The position numbers were made by a program, and so were the translations under genes. This document shows positions 1 to 12,185 of a stretch of 64,000 nucleotides of DNA, piece by piece; the stretch's first letter is position 1, and every line of letters begins with the position of its first letter. Under the pieces are notes generated by a model. That model was not told the origin of the DNA, did not search any database, and saw only the letters and a program-made list of their open reading frames with translations. The stretch is from Pristiophorus japonicus (Eukaryota). The stretch covers positions 28,148,001-28,212,000 of the forward strand of contig NC_091992.1 in the NCBI RefSeq assembly GCF_044704955.1, read 5' to 3'.

Positions 1-692
1 TCATCAGTCATTGAAAGATGGCATGCAGGTTCAGCAGGTGGTGAAGAAGGCAAATGGTATGTTGGCCTTCATGGCTAGGGGATTTGAGTATAGGAGCAGT
101 GAGGTCTTACTGCAGTTGTACAGGGCCTTGGTGAGGCCTCATCTAGAATAATGTGTTCAGTTTTGGTCTTCTAATCTGAGGAAGGACGTTCTTACTATTG
201 AGGGAGTGCAGCGAAGTTTCACCAGACTGATTCCAGGGATGGCGGGACTGAGATATGAGGAAGACTGTATCAACTGGGCCTTTATACACTGGTGTTTAGA
301 AGGATGAGAGGGGCTCTCATAGAAACTTACAAGATTCTGACGGGACTGGACAGGATAGATGCGGGAAGAATGTTCCCGATGATGGAGAAGTCCAGAACCA
401 GGGGACACAGTCTTAGGATAAGGGGTAGGCCATTTAGGACTGAGATGAGGAGAAACTTCTTCACTCAGAAAGTTGTTAACCTGTGGAATTCTCTACCGCA
501 GAAAGTTGTTGATGCCAGTTCATTGGATATATTCAAGAGGGAGTTAGATATGGCCCTTGCGGCTAAAGGGATCAAGGGATATGGAGAGAAAGCAGGAAAG
601 GAGTACTGAGGGAATGATCAGCCATGATCTTATTGAGTGGTGGTGCCGGCTCGAGGGGCCTGCACCTATTTTCTATGTTTTTATGTTTCTAT
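1..692 (+). mobile_element. CR1-clade LINE, 3' fragment (ORF2 C-terminus, 3' UTR and TTCTATG-type tail) in AIPL1 intron 5
   Basis: ORF 292..609 reads RRMRGALIETYKIL...TRGHSLRI...FFTQKVVNLWNSLP, the typical CR1 ORF2 end; microsatellite-like tail at ~670-692. Confidence 0.93.
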
Positions 693-748
693 TTGCTGCA
701 AAGCTGAATAATAAGTTTCTGTACCTTATCTGGATGATTTGCCCATAC

Positions 749-890
749 CTGGATGGTTGTTGAGGATGTCTGTTGTTTGCTGCACCACTTCATAGTACTC
801 TTCCATCTTCAAAAGACACTGGCAGTAGTTCAGAACTAATGTGACAATCATCTTCTCCAGTTTGAGCCATTGAACCTCCCAGGGTTTGTG
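749..890 (-). CDS. AIPL1: AIPL1 coding exon 5 (TPR region)
   Basis: AG at 891-892, GT at 747-748; 142 nt; [47 protein letters not shown] matches human [47 protein letters not shown]. Confidence 0.97.
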
Positions 891-2029
891 CTAACATTAA
901 ATATAGAGGTTAATTTCCAATATCTCGTTTAGAGTAATGCCGCTTTATATCATGGGCTTCTCTAATGATTGTTTGGGAGTATAAAATACAGAACTTATTA
1001 TTCATTCTTTAACATTTTCTATTCAAGTAAGCATTGAAAGGTTTGATACACATGTATTATGTACTGTAAATTGTACATACATTGTGATGCAGTTTATAAT
1101 ATGATCTCTAAATTATCAAAACGCATAAGGAGGAGGTAGTTGGGGGAGGGGGCTGGTATAGTGGAATACTCTGGCCTTTGGACCTCTACATGACTACCAA
1201 GAATACTGTAACATCATTAGCTAACAGGAAACATGATTCAAATTGAGGGGGGTTAACCTTTTCTCCTGACCCACATGAAATGCCTCGTTCTCATTTGGTA
1301 CTCCCTCTAGTGGTCTGGCCTACAGCTAATAAAAAACAGACCACAAAGGTGATTGGAGCTGAAGTTAATCAGGAGTCAAGCGCTTAACCATTGGAGCCAC
1401 AGTAACCACTTAAACTAAAGGTAAAAATTTCCTTTCTTCATCTGATGAGTTACCCATTGATCCTTAAAATATGTAACACAGCCATTGATGCGTGCAGTTT
1501 ATGCAGTTTACAATTCAGCATCGGGCCAGTGGTTAAGGCACTTCAAGCATGTAACATTTTTTATGCAGATTGCAAGTCTTTAAATACTGTAATATAACTT
1601 TTATGGGGTCATATATACATCCAGTAACATGGCAGCTGAGTTCTACTGCACTGTAGCTGTCTATTTAAATGTACTTAAACTTACATTGTGACCAGGGAGA
1701 AATGTGTAAAAGAGGATGTTCCATGTGTTTCTTAAATAGTATCAAGTGAATGATCTTAAAATCAGAAATGCCAAAAGTAACTCCTTTAACTATTTAAAAC
1801 AAAGCTATTTGAAGGAGCTTATTAATGGTTAAACACATACTCGCTGCTAATACTTAATTATATTAAAAGCAATTTCCATCAAAAACCTCAATCATAAAAC
1901 CATTAAAAAGATTTGTTGATATATAAAAATGAGAGCAGATTGTCATTCCTTTTGCCAACTCTGAACTGTCTACTATTTGCAAAACTTATTTTATAGCCTT
2001 AGTATGTGGGGGACACTGAAAAGCCACAT

Positions 2030-2530
2030 GTATTGCCCATCCCTGGTTTTCCTGATAAGACAGTTGTTGCGTATGCAAAACTCAATCGGCTTAGTACCAT
2101 GAACTCAATCAGGTGTGACCTGACTCTACTTTATTAGCTCTCAAAGTGAGGATTAAACATGGAGGCTTTCTTTATATACAAGGGCTGCATGTGTGTGTCT
2201 GTGGCCAATGACCTCTGACGGTCACTCCTCCTGGTGGCAGGTAAATCCAGGCATACATACATTACAGCAGTGGTGGATCTTTGCAATTGTTTGTGCAACT
2301 GAGTGGCTTGCTAGACTGCCTCAGAGGACATTAAGAATCACCCATTTAGTGCAGACTTGCGTCATATGTAGGCCAGACTGAGTAGGGATGGCAGCTTCTA
2401 TAGTCATTTTTTCTAGTGCTAGACCACAATTTACCAGATTTATTAAATTAAATTTCACAACTTACTCTGGTGGGATTTAAATGAACAATATCTGGGATGT
2501 TAGTCCAGCACCATACTCACTACATTACCA
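2030..2530 (-). mobile_element. Degenerate tRNA-headed SINE (same family as 48912-49400)
   Basis: Shares tattgcccatccct, taggccagac and ggtgggattt blocks with the copies at 34265-35220 and 40675-41080. Confidence 0.65.
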
Positions 2531-2691
2531 TACCCACTGCATTACCATACCGGCTACGTTACCATAACCATTACATTACCATACCTGCTACATAACCATA
2601 ACCATTACATTGTCATACTGGCTACATTACCATACCCACTATATTACTATACCCATTACATTACCATATCCGTTACTTTACTATATCCACT
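2515..2691. repeat. Minisatellite, ~10 degenerate copies of a 17-bp unit (TACATTACCATACCCAC)
   Basis: Direct tandem periodicity visible in the sequence. Confidence 0.9.
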
Positions 2692-3007
2692 TGGCTTGAA
2701 ATCCAGAACTTCTGGATAGCACATCCCTTTATTTTAGAATTGTTAAGGTTATCTCCTCATGTTTTTTTGGTGCTTCCAAAGTCCTTGCACTGTTGGTAAT
2801 GGAATTAACTATTAATAGACAAGAGATCAAGCCTAACTCGGCCAACAATGCCTCCAAAATGCACAACCACCACCACCTAGAAGGTGCATGGGAACAGCAT
2901 CACCACCATTCAGACTTGGACATATTTAGCTGTTCCTGCCTAGCAGCATTGTGGAAACATTTTCACTACACGGACTACAGTGGATCAAGAAATAGGTCCA
3001 TCACTAT

Positions 3008-3218
3008 TGTTACACTCATAATAAATGGTCAGACTGAGTACTGTGTGTAATGAGCAAGTGTGACCTTAGCTCCTTTATTAAGGTTCCAGAGTGCAGGTAC
3101 CTCGTGGATGGCCTACATACTGTGCTCCCAAGGGATGCTGGGATCCCTTGGAACTTCAACAGGTAGGCCCTCTGGTGGTCAGGTATGATGCATGTTACAA
3201 GGGATTAAATACATAACA
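3008..3218. mobile_element. Solo LTR (Gypsy-type), 211 bp
   Basis: TGTTA...TAACA termini; flanks ACTAT/ACTAC (5-bp TSD, 1 mismatch); shares gtgaccttag..ctttatt and ccctctggtgg blocks with the LTRs at 44965 and 47978. Confidence 0.8.
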
Positions 3219-3662
3219 ACTACACTCTCAAGGACAACTAGGGAGGGCAATAGATGTTGTCCTTGTTAGCGCTGTCCACATCCCGACAATTATTTTTAAA
3301 ATTCATGGGACTTGCGATCTGCTATTGAATTTGATGCCTCCTGTTTTGGCCTGCTAACCATGTGGAGCCAGTTGTGTGCATCTGACTACTTGTGTTATGA
3401 CGCAAAATAGTTTCATAATAGCAAGCAGACACACAGAACTGAAGCTGCATCAATTCCAGCCCCACCTGCCCTATGTGCCTTATGACGCACAATGTCTGTG
3501 TCCTGAAAGTGGGTATCAGTGCCCAAATTAGTCTCCAGCAGACCAACAGGGCTGGTGACACAGGGAGAGTGTTCACAATTTCAATCAGGTCAGGGATGCA
3601 CTGAGGTTGTTTGAGCATTGGACTCAGGAACCTGTAGAGTTAATCAATAAGTACCCTTAGGT

Positions 3663-3980
3663 TACATAAGAAATAGGAGCAGGAGTAAGCCATTTAATAA
3701 GATCATGGCTGATCTGATCATGGACTCAGGTTCACTTTCCTGCCCAATCCCCATAACCCCTTATCCCTTTATCATTTAAGAAACTGTCTATTTCTGTCTT
3801 AAATGTATTCAATGTCCCAGCTTCCACAGCTCTCTGAAGCAGTGAATTCCACAGATTTAAAACCCTCTGAGAGAAGAAATGTCTCCTCATCTCAGTTTTA
3901 AATGGGCGGCCCCTTATTCTAAGATCATGCCCTCTAGTTCTAGTCTCCCCTATCACTGGAAACATTCTCTCTGCATCTCT
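3663..3980 (-). mobile_element. CR1 LINE 3' fragment
   Basis: ORF 3732..3965 (TRGHDLRIRGRPFKTEMRRHFFSQRVLNLWNSL); acataagaa tail. Confidence 0.92.
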
Positions 3981-4192
3981 ATCGATAATTCACCTTTCTA
4001 ACATTGTCTATCTCAGTAACTGCAAGTCAAAACCCAATAATGGCATCCACACTCAAGATTTAACCAATAATATCCAGGAATCAATAGAAATGGGCAGAGC
4101 AATATTTTAATTGGAATTCTTTGTGACTAATTCAGATGTTCAGTGCATGAGAGTATCTCCTTTAATGTCATCAGTTTGTGAATATTAGATAC

Positions 4193-4369
4193 CTTTACTT
4201 GTAGGTTCTTCAAGCAGATAAAGCCCTCACGATATTTTGCCAAAGCCTCTGGATACCTGCCGAGTTTGAACAGTTTGTTTCCCATGCCGTGGAGAAGAGG
4301 CACAGCTTTAATTTTCTCATCATCATTCAGAGCCCAGGTTTCTCGTTTGTAAGCGCTTGGTGACTCAAT
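4193..4369 (-). CDS. AIPL1: AIPL1 coding exon 4
   Basis: AG/GT bounded, 177 nt, phase 0-0; [59 protein letters not shown] resembles human exon 4. Confidence 0.97.
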
Positions 4370-6621
4370 CTAAACTTTTCAAAAATGCATTTATTTTTCA
4401 CCAAGAAAATTATACATCCTTAGTTATTTTCAAAGAGAACAGACCCCAAATATTTTTGTTATTGATTCAAATAGTGAAAACAAGCATATGGATATAGCAG
4501 TTGTAATTATAATATCTATTTCTCTCATTAAAAATGTTAAATTGCATGCATTTCCTATTTCCATTTTGACACACTTTGGGTCACACATTTTGTCCATTAT
4601 AAATTGCTATTGTCTACATTTGCTATTCAATATTCCTATGTCAACGTTGACCACCACAGTTTGTTGATGAACCAATTGAATCATCCAAAATGCTTTAAAA
4701 ATTGTTTTCACCTGCCAATTTTTTCAAAGTAACTGAAAATTAGAGGGTGATAGCTTGACCCTGGCTTCGCCCCACCATCCAAACTGCACTGCATCTGTGC
4801 AGATTATGCTGCATCTGACTTTGGTGTCTCAGACCATTAACATGCAGGGCCTAGAACCAGAACACAGGGCAACAACATGGAAGATAGCTCTAGGCCTGGA
4901 GTCCAAGGCCTGGTCACCAGCCTTTGGCCCTTCTTGCCGTTGTTCCTCAATAGCAGCCTCCAGGCATAAAAATCAATACTTACCTGCTCATAAAAATGGC
5001 TACTTAGCTTCCAGCCTTACTGCCAGGACCCTTCAAGTCTCTCCTCACCACACCGCCCCTCTCCCACCCCACCCCCAACTGATCTATTATCAGCCCAAGC
5101 CCAAGCCTATCTTCTTCAATTGTTCCTTGAAATGGGTGTCCAACCAATGGCAGAAGAGGAAATTGAAGTGGTGAGAATGAGCACCCACCTCCTCCCCACC
5201 CCCACCTTATTTCCATGGCAATATCAGGCCTGCAGCTATTGAGGGTGCAGTCCCTGCTCTGACCCTTCCCAGGAAGCCCTTGAAACCCCAGGGCAAGTTG
5301 AAGGGGGCAGAGATCCAGTGTAGCAGGTCTCTGCCCCCTTTTACTGTGGTTGGGTAATTGGCATTCGCCAGGGCAAAGGTCAAGAATATTGACCCGACAG
5401 TTGTCAAAATAAGGTTTTAAACTAAATAAGCAATTCCAAAAAAATTACATCCCAGTAAGTATTTGAATCAATGTGAGTGACGCCAAAGAAGATCTACTCG
5501 TATTTACTACAAATATTTGGGACCGTTTAAAAGATTCTACCACATTGGGAGAAGTAAGATGTTGATGATTATAAATCAGGATGGAGAGGAAATGTCTGCA
5601 TGTTGATATAAAAGAGCACAGTTCTGATTTTTTAAACTTCAGAAGTTACTTGCAAAAGTTTTTCTTAAGCTGCTAGTTGAATGAACTGAATAGTCAAAGG
5701 TTGTGATTTATTTTCAATACCAAAATATGATCTAAATATTCAATATGTGATTGTGGTTTGAAGGTGCATGACACTTTTAGGTAAATTATATCACATATCC
5801 ACAGAGAGACAAAATATCCTTTCAATGCGGGTGGGAGGCCATTTTCACTATTCAGAATGTATTCGCATCAATTAAATTTTTACCTCAGCATTAAGTGTCT
5901 ATCGTCATCTTACAATGGTTGCTGCATATTGTGGGAGTCACAGTATTAAAGTTAGGTATTTTTATCATTTAAGTACAGGTATTTGAAACCTTTGTTTGCT
6001 ACCCGTAGATGGAGTGGAGAATTTGATCCCCGTCAGTGTGATTGCATTTCATGGTGTGTTGTTCTAAACCTTGGTGATCAAGTGGTAATGCTTGCATCTT
6101 AACTTTTTTAATGATCTACTGATGGGGTATGTCACAGATCCTTGCTCTTACTATCTGGCAGAAGCTACTGGTCACAGAGAAACTTGTTTTATTGTCGGAA
6201 TCACATTGTGTCATATTCCCTATTAAATGAAGACTGTTATGATTGGACATTAAATTTTACCTCGTACCTTACATTAAAATTATGGATATAATGAAGGATT
6301 GGATAGTACACTAACTTTATTTCAACCTTTAAGACCTGGGTTGGGATCCAGACTAGAGAGGAGATGAGATGACTCTTTCTCTCTCACAGTCCAGTCCTTC
6401 TCAGATATCGCTATAAAGATTGGACTTGACATCTTTCTGGTTGATGTCTTAGAAGGAGCTGGCATTCACTCATCCTTTTTTTTATCAGGAATAACTAAAT
6501 AAGTCACAACATTGAGCACTTACAATAGGAATAAGGAAGGCCTTTAGTGGGGGAAAAAAGACAAACTTCACTACTTGAGTTCAATTGCCATTAAGGTAAG
6601 AATAAATTGAACAGGTTTAAC

Positions 6622-6810
6622 CTTTATCAGTTCAATAACAAAGATGAGTGGCTGAGGTTCTTTCTGCAATTCATCCAGATCATCATATCCCAGGCTGTGA
6701 TACGCAAACATATTGGCAATTCCACAGGTGTGAACGTGCCAGTCCGTTGGGTCCTTTCCTTCTATAATCCTACGCAGGCTCTTCGCTACAGTTGGATACA
6801 GACCTGTGTG
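6622..6810 (-). CDS. AIPL1: AIPL1 coding exon 3 (FKBP-like domain insert)
   Basis: AG/GT bounded, 189 nt; [63 protein letters not shown]. Confidence 0.97.
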
Positions 6811-7276
6811 CTAAAGGGGGGGGGGGGTGGAGTGGTTGGTGAGAAAAACAATTGCCCCAGTTTTAATCTTTTTAACAATAGCCTAGTGATGCATTTTCAC
6901 AGGTAAAGTACAATAAAGAGACGCTCAACAGAAGAGAAACATTAAGATATGAAACCTGTCTTAAAATGTTATAAAATAAAGGACTTTGAAAATTGCATTT
7001 CCATTCCTGTTCCACATTAATGACCACAGAGCCACTGCCTGGTTGAAGGGCAGACTGGGTTTCAGGGCCACCACATGATTACCATCAATGCCATTCTGAT
7101 CACCCATACTCAGAGCATTTATAACAAAGAAAGCAGTCTATATCTCAATGTGGGGTGTCACACAATGGGCCTGAACTTTAACAACCCCAATAAGAACTGA
7201 AATATCAGTGCTAATCATACTTGAGTGGTAGGCAGTCCTAGGACTTGGAGCTCAACATCACCTGGCTGGGATGATA

Positions 7277-7745
7277 AAAAAGAAAAAAGAAAGATTTGCA
7301 TTTATATAGCACCTTTCATAACCACTGGACATCGCAAAGCGCTTTACAGCCAATTAAGTACTTTTGGAGTGTAGTCACTGTTATAATGTAGGAAACGTGG
7401 CAGGCAATTTGCACACAGCAAGCTCCCACAAACAGCAATGTGATAATAACCAGATAATCTGTTTTTGTTCTGTTAATTGAGGGATGAATATTGGCCAGGA
7501 CACCGGGCGATAATTCCCCTGCTCTTCTTCGAAATAGTGCCATGGGGTCTTTTACGTCCACCTGAGAGAGCAGACAGAGCCTCCGTTTAACGTCACATCC
7601 GAAAGACAGCACCTCTGACAGTGCAGCACTCCCTCAGCACTGCACTGGAGTGTCAACTTAGATTTATGTGCTCAAGTAGGACTTGAGCGCACAACCTTCT
7701 GACTCCAAGACGAGTGTGATACCCATTCAGCCACAGCTGACACAG
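7277..7745 (-). mobile_element. Deu-domain SINE (SacSINE1/AmnSINE-like), near full length
   Basis: tRNA-like head; central ccatggcactatttcgaagaagagcagggg...ccggtgtcctggccaatatt block (Deu domain); 3' ctatataaatgcaa tail. Confidence 0.85.
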
Positions 7746-8640
7746 CAGCCACAAGCAGATGTATTACTGGTCTGTGCAAAATTTTGGGAAAAATGAATAA
7801 TTAACCTTACCTACATGAAGCTTTGGATGCTAATGTCCTAGACCGCTTTCATCAAGAATAGCAGTCCATTGGCAATGTGCTGTTGGGAGTTAGCTCCGGA
7901 AGAGGTCACTAAATAATTGGCCATTGAAATACTCTATTCACCTCTTATCATCTCTTCAGCAAGTTTAACCACATAATTCAGCTCCATTTTAAAATGTTAT
8001 TTTCCTCTATGCATCTATCTGGCAAAGATGACGGGCAAGTAGCCTACAGTACTGTTGTTTTTGGCCTTTGCAGCTGCATAGTTCCGCCAGCACTCCGGAA
8101 TTCATGGAATGGGGAATTGCTGCTGCGATTCCACATCCCACTACTCCATGGGATGGTACATTGGTATAGCAATGCCGCCAGACATCGCTTGTATATTGGT
8201 AATGACACCATGAATCCTTACTCATATTTCAGAATATCACCGTGAGATATAACATACATTAACTTTATGGGTGGTACGGGAGGTCACACCGTTGGAGCAC
8301 AATCATGTAAAGCCACATGTTTGTCAGCAGAATGGTTGTGCAATGCATTGGTTTGCCAGCATATTGTGCCAATGAGTCATTGGGGAGGCACAGCTTTGCT
8401 CCCATTTCCTTCAGTTCCTGATCTGAGCAACATTGGACAGGGGCTGCACAAGCTCTCCGAGGGGTCACAAGTAAGAATTAGATGTAGGTGTTAATTCATG
8501 ATATTCCTTACAGAGCATGTTTTTTCTTTTAAACTCCTCTTTTCTCAGCTAATTTTCTCCTTTCCTTCTTGCTTCAAGGCGTTGACTCTGTGCTGAGGTG
8601 CAGTGCACGAGCGCTGGTTCCTCACCACAGTGCCCACTCT

Positions 8641-10350
8641 TCAGCCAGAATCTTGCTGGCACTCAGAGGGTGGCTTTGGCAGTGGGGCGGTATCCCGCTC
8701 TGAACCCGCCTCCTTGTTAATTTCCCAAGTGCTGGCTCTGTCTGCGGTTTGCACTCTCGGCACCAAGCGGCGGGTCAGGCAATTGAGATACTTAAGAAGC
8801 TGTTTAAAGGTACTTAAGCAGCATTTTACCAGGCCCTAACAATTTTTCCAACTTTTTCACGAGGTTCACGTCCCTTGGGGATCATGTCAGGTAAGTGTGT
8901 CGGGTTTTCAATGACTCTCCGTTGCTGTGAATAGGTGACAACTGCAAAAGTGGTATGAAAGCTACTATTTCTCAGCAGTACAATTTCCAATTTTAGAAGC
9001 TGGAGCCTTCAGGATTTGTAATACATTTTTCAGCTTTATGGAGGTTTGAAGTGTTTGAAGCGAATTCTCTATTCAGTGTCACTTCCTTGGAGCAACCTCT
9101 CTCACCATTGACAGATCACTTCTGTCACCTCAACTTCACCTGCCATCTATTCCATCAGCATTGGTGTCCTTGAAAAAATCTCACCTTGATTCTCGGAATC
9201 AAACCACAATCAGCCCCTACACCAACAACACCAGGCACACCAGCAGCAGCAAAATAGCACTAATCTTCTCCGCAATCACCTGATGCTGCACAGGACAGAA
9301 GGCATCAGCACCATGGCCACATTTACTTCACTTGATGCTGTACACCCTGACTGCCACATGATGCGCCAGATTGGCACCACCTCACACCAACACCATAAAG
9401 CATGCCTACAATGCCCAAGCCATTTCACACTGATCACCATAGGGAGTGGGGGGTGGTAGGAGGTAATATTGAGTCTCACCATTAACTACTAAGCCACTCA
9501 CAAAGATGCTCACAGATCTGTCCAAGAAGGCAAAGTGCTGAAAATAAAGATTTCAATGTTTGACAATACATTAACAGAAACTTTACATGAACATTGCATA
9601 AAACACCCAAGTGCCTACCCTTATGTGTTGTTAGTTGGTATGAATGGACAAGGATGAGGGTGAGTGTGAGGGGTGGCTACTGGGGAAGTGATAATGTAGA
9701 TAGAGAGGGGGATGGCTGGAGATGCAAGGTAAGTAAGGATGTGCAGGAGTAGAATAGGGAAGGCAGAGTGATGGGGATGTGATAAGTGGCACAGCAGGAT
9801 GAGGTTGAGTGTGGCTTTGCAGTAACGTTTTGTGATTTACTGAGATCATTGAAAGGTTTGCACCACTGCAGTCAGGTCCTCCTGACGATATTCCCCGCTT
9901 GTGCCCTCCTGTGCAATGTGCAATCAGGCTGTGTTGATCTCCTGGGGAGGTCTCTTTCGCCCATTGTAAGGGAAGAGAACCACCCTGTGTGCTGTGACTC
10001 CCTCCATGAGCATATGGAGGACGTCATGGGGTAGCCTGGGTGCAGGCCTGCATCTCTGTGCAGTGCTCGTCAGTGTTTGCAGCACCTCAATGCTGCAGAA
10101 CACTGGCAGTGCAACTGTCAAAATGAATGTGGACACGGTCCCTTCAAGGAAACCGGCTGATGACGCATCATCAAATGTCATCATCAGACCCACTTCCTTT
10201 TAATTGACCGGGAATCTCGCAGGGACAGGCTTAATAAACTCCTTCATTGTAAAATCATGTTGAAGGCCGGGATCGATACAGGTGAAGGGTCGGGACTCGC
10301 CAAGGACGTTGCCCTCCCCGGATCTGCCGAGGTTGGTAAAATCCAGCCCT
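8641..10350. mobile_element. Non-autonomous PIF/Harbinger derivative with a decayed Myb/SANT exon
   Basis: GGGCTGGATTTT-type terminus at 10349; minus-strand RPAPRLPHDVLHMLMEGV...LFPYNGRKRPP Myb/SANT-like frame; reverse-complement homology to 51250-52834. Confidence 0.75.
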
Positions 10351-11033
10351 TCATGTGTGGGCCCTGACATTTAAAAATTGGCTGGCTCTTCAACTGCTGT
10401 CGCTTCTGCAAAAATGATCTGTGTAAGCTACTAACTGGGCGGCACTATTAAAAATTCTAATTGGTTTCTTTTTGTTTACAAGATAAAGAATCAAGATTGA
10501 ATCGAGCAGCACCAGCTCAGACTGCACAGAATGTAATTAAAACAATTCTTTAGCGGAAGCTGTTACCTGGGTGCTCTAAAGTTAAACAGTCTGATGGAAA
10601 AGATAATTGAATGGGATCCCAGATTTATTTTCAGCGCAAAATACTTGCTTTGATCTACTTTACTCTGCTAATCTAAAATCATTACAAAATAATTTATCAC
10701 TTGCAGGGGGGAAAAAAATCTATGTACGTGTTTTTAAGCGTTTTTTAAAATGCTATTCACCATTTTGAGTGCCACAATGTATTAAATAACTGTAAATCAT
10801 CCTTTCACGGATATAGTGTGTCCATATGTTGGCAGCTTGGCTTAATCTGCTTACACCTGCCTACAGATCAGAATTAATGACTAAACAGAAAAACGGATTG
10901 TGGAGCATCATGGCAGGCAGCATTACTCATCTAAAGATTAATGCAAAACACTGGGAACTTCATTTCCCTTCAGACACTGTGTCATCAATTCACTATTTTC
11001 TCACTGAAAATCTACTCAGCTGGTAGCACTTAC

Positions 11034-11213
11034 AATGACATCACACCAGAATTCAGCAACCTCCCCGATCCTCATGGATGATATTAGAATTTCCCAGACT
11101 TCCAGTTTAAACATGTTGCCTATAATTATTTCCATTGCCCTGTCAACTTGCTTACTGTCATCGATGACTGTTCGATCTCCGTCACATTTTATAGTCCGAA
11201 AATGAAATGTGGC
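11034..11213 (-). CDS. AIPL1: AIPL1 coding exon 2 (FKBP-like domain)
   Basis: AG / GTAAGT bounded, 180 nt; [60 protein letters not shown]. Confidence 0.97.
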
Positions 11214-11972
11214 CTATGTAACAAAAAAAGACAGTTATTTTTAACTTCTATTTCAAGGAGATTTATGATGGATATTTTAATTATAATATTTTAACTATAT
11301 GGGGGGGGAGGGTTATTATCTCTGCAAGTGCACTGGTTAATACCTGTACATTCATATTTAATCACTTCCTGTGCTGCTTTGGCACAGCTGTTATCCAATT
11401 TATTTTAAGCGGGTCAGCAGCTCTGTTAAAATAGCACACAAAGAAATGTTACGTGACCACGATTACCCGTACACTACTGGAGGACAGTAAACCCCATGAC
11501 GTTTAAGTTGTTTCCTGTATTAATTCATACGGTAATAGTTTGTTTGAAATTAATAGAATTGCTTTTTACATCAAGGTAAGAATAAAATATTTATACAGTA
11601 CATTGGTTTACAAGAGCATTTTCAAGCTGTAAGATTCTTTAAAGAGCATCAATATTGGATTAACAACCTTTGTACAACTAATGAAATCTATAGTTAGCTA
11701 ACTGTAATAATTCAACATGAATTTAAATTTAAATTGTTAGAATAGTGCTGCCAAGATCAACCAGAATTGAATTAAACTGAATTAAATTAGCATATGTTAA
11801 TTAAAATACTAATACATCATTAAGGTAAATCACTGCAATACACTGCAACAAATATTTCACCTGTTTTATTTCGTCTGCACTTACACTGCCTTTGACTCAG
11901 GATTGGCAATGTTATAAATCTCTAAAATTTCCAGATTGCTATTAAATAATATTTAAATATAGTTGAACTTAC

Positions 11973-12068
11973 TTTGGATCCCGTGAGAAATTTTGGCATC
12001 TCGCCAGTTCCTCCATGGAGAATTGTCTTTTTAATACCTTCGACATTTGCCAGATAAGTTTCCTCCAT
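11973..12068 (-). CDS. AIPL1: AIPL1 coding exon 1
   Basis: ATG at 12068, donor GTAAGT; 96 nt; [32 protein letters not shown] vs human [32 protein letters not shown]. Confidence 0.97.
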
Positions 12069-12129
12069 GATTTGTGTTTATGGAATGTGGTGTAATATTG
12101 TAGTTTACACTCTCAGTACACACGTATGC

Positions 12130-12185
12130 ATATGTTAAGATTAACATGATGATCCTAGCCTTATCAACAGGATTAAGCAGCAGGG
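12130..12185 (-). promoter_or_regulatory. Putative AIPL1 proximal promoter with CRX/OTX2 (K50 homeodomain) sites
   Basis: TAATCT (12138-12143) and CTTAATCC (12170-12177) on the minus strand, 70-110 bp upstream of the ATG of a photoreceptor gene. Confidence 0.6.
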
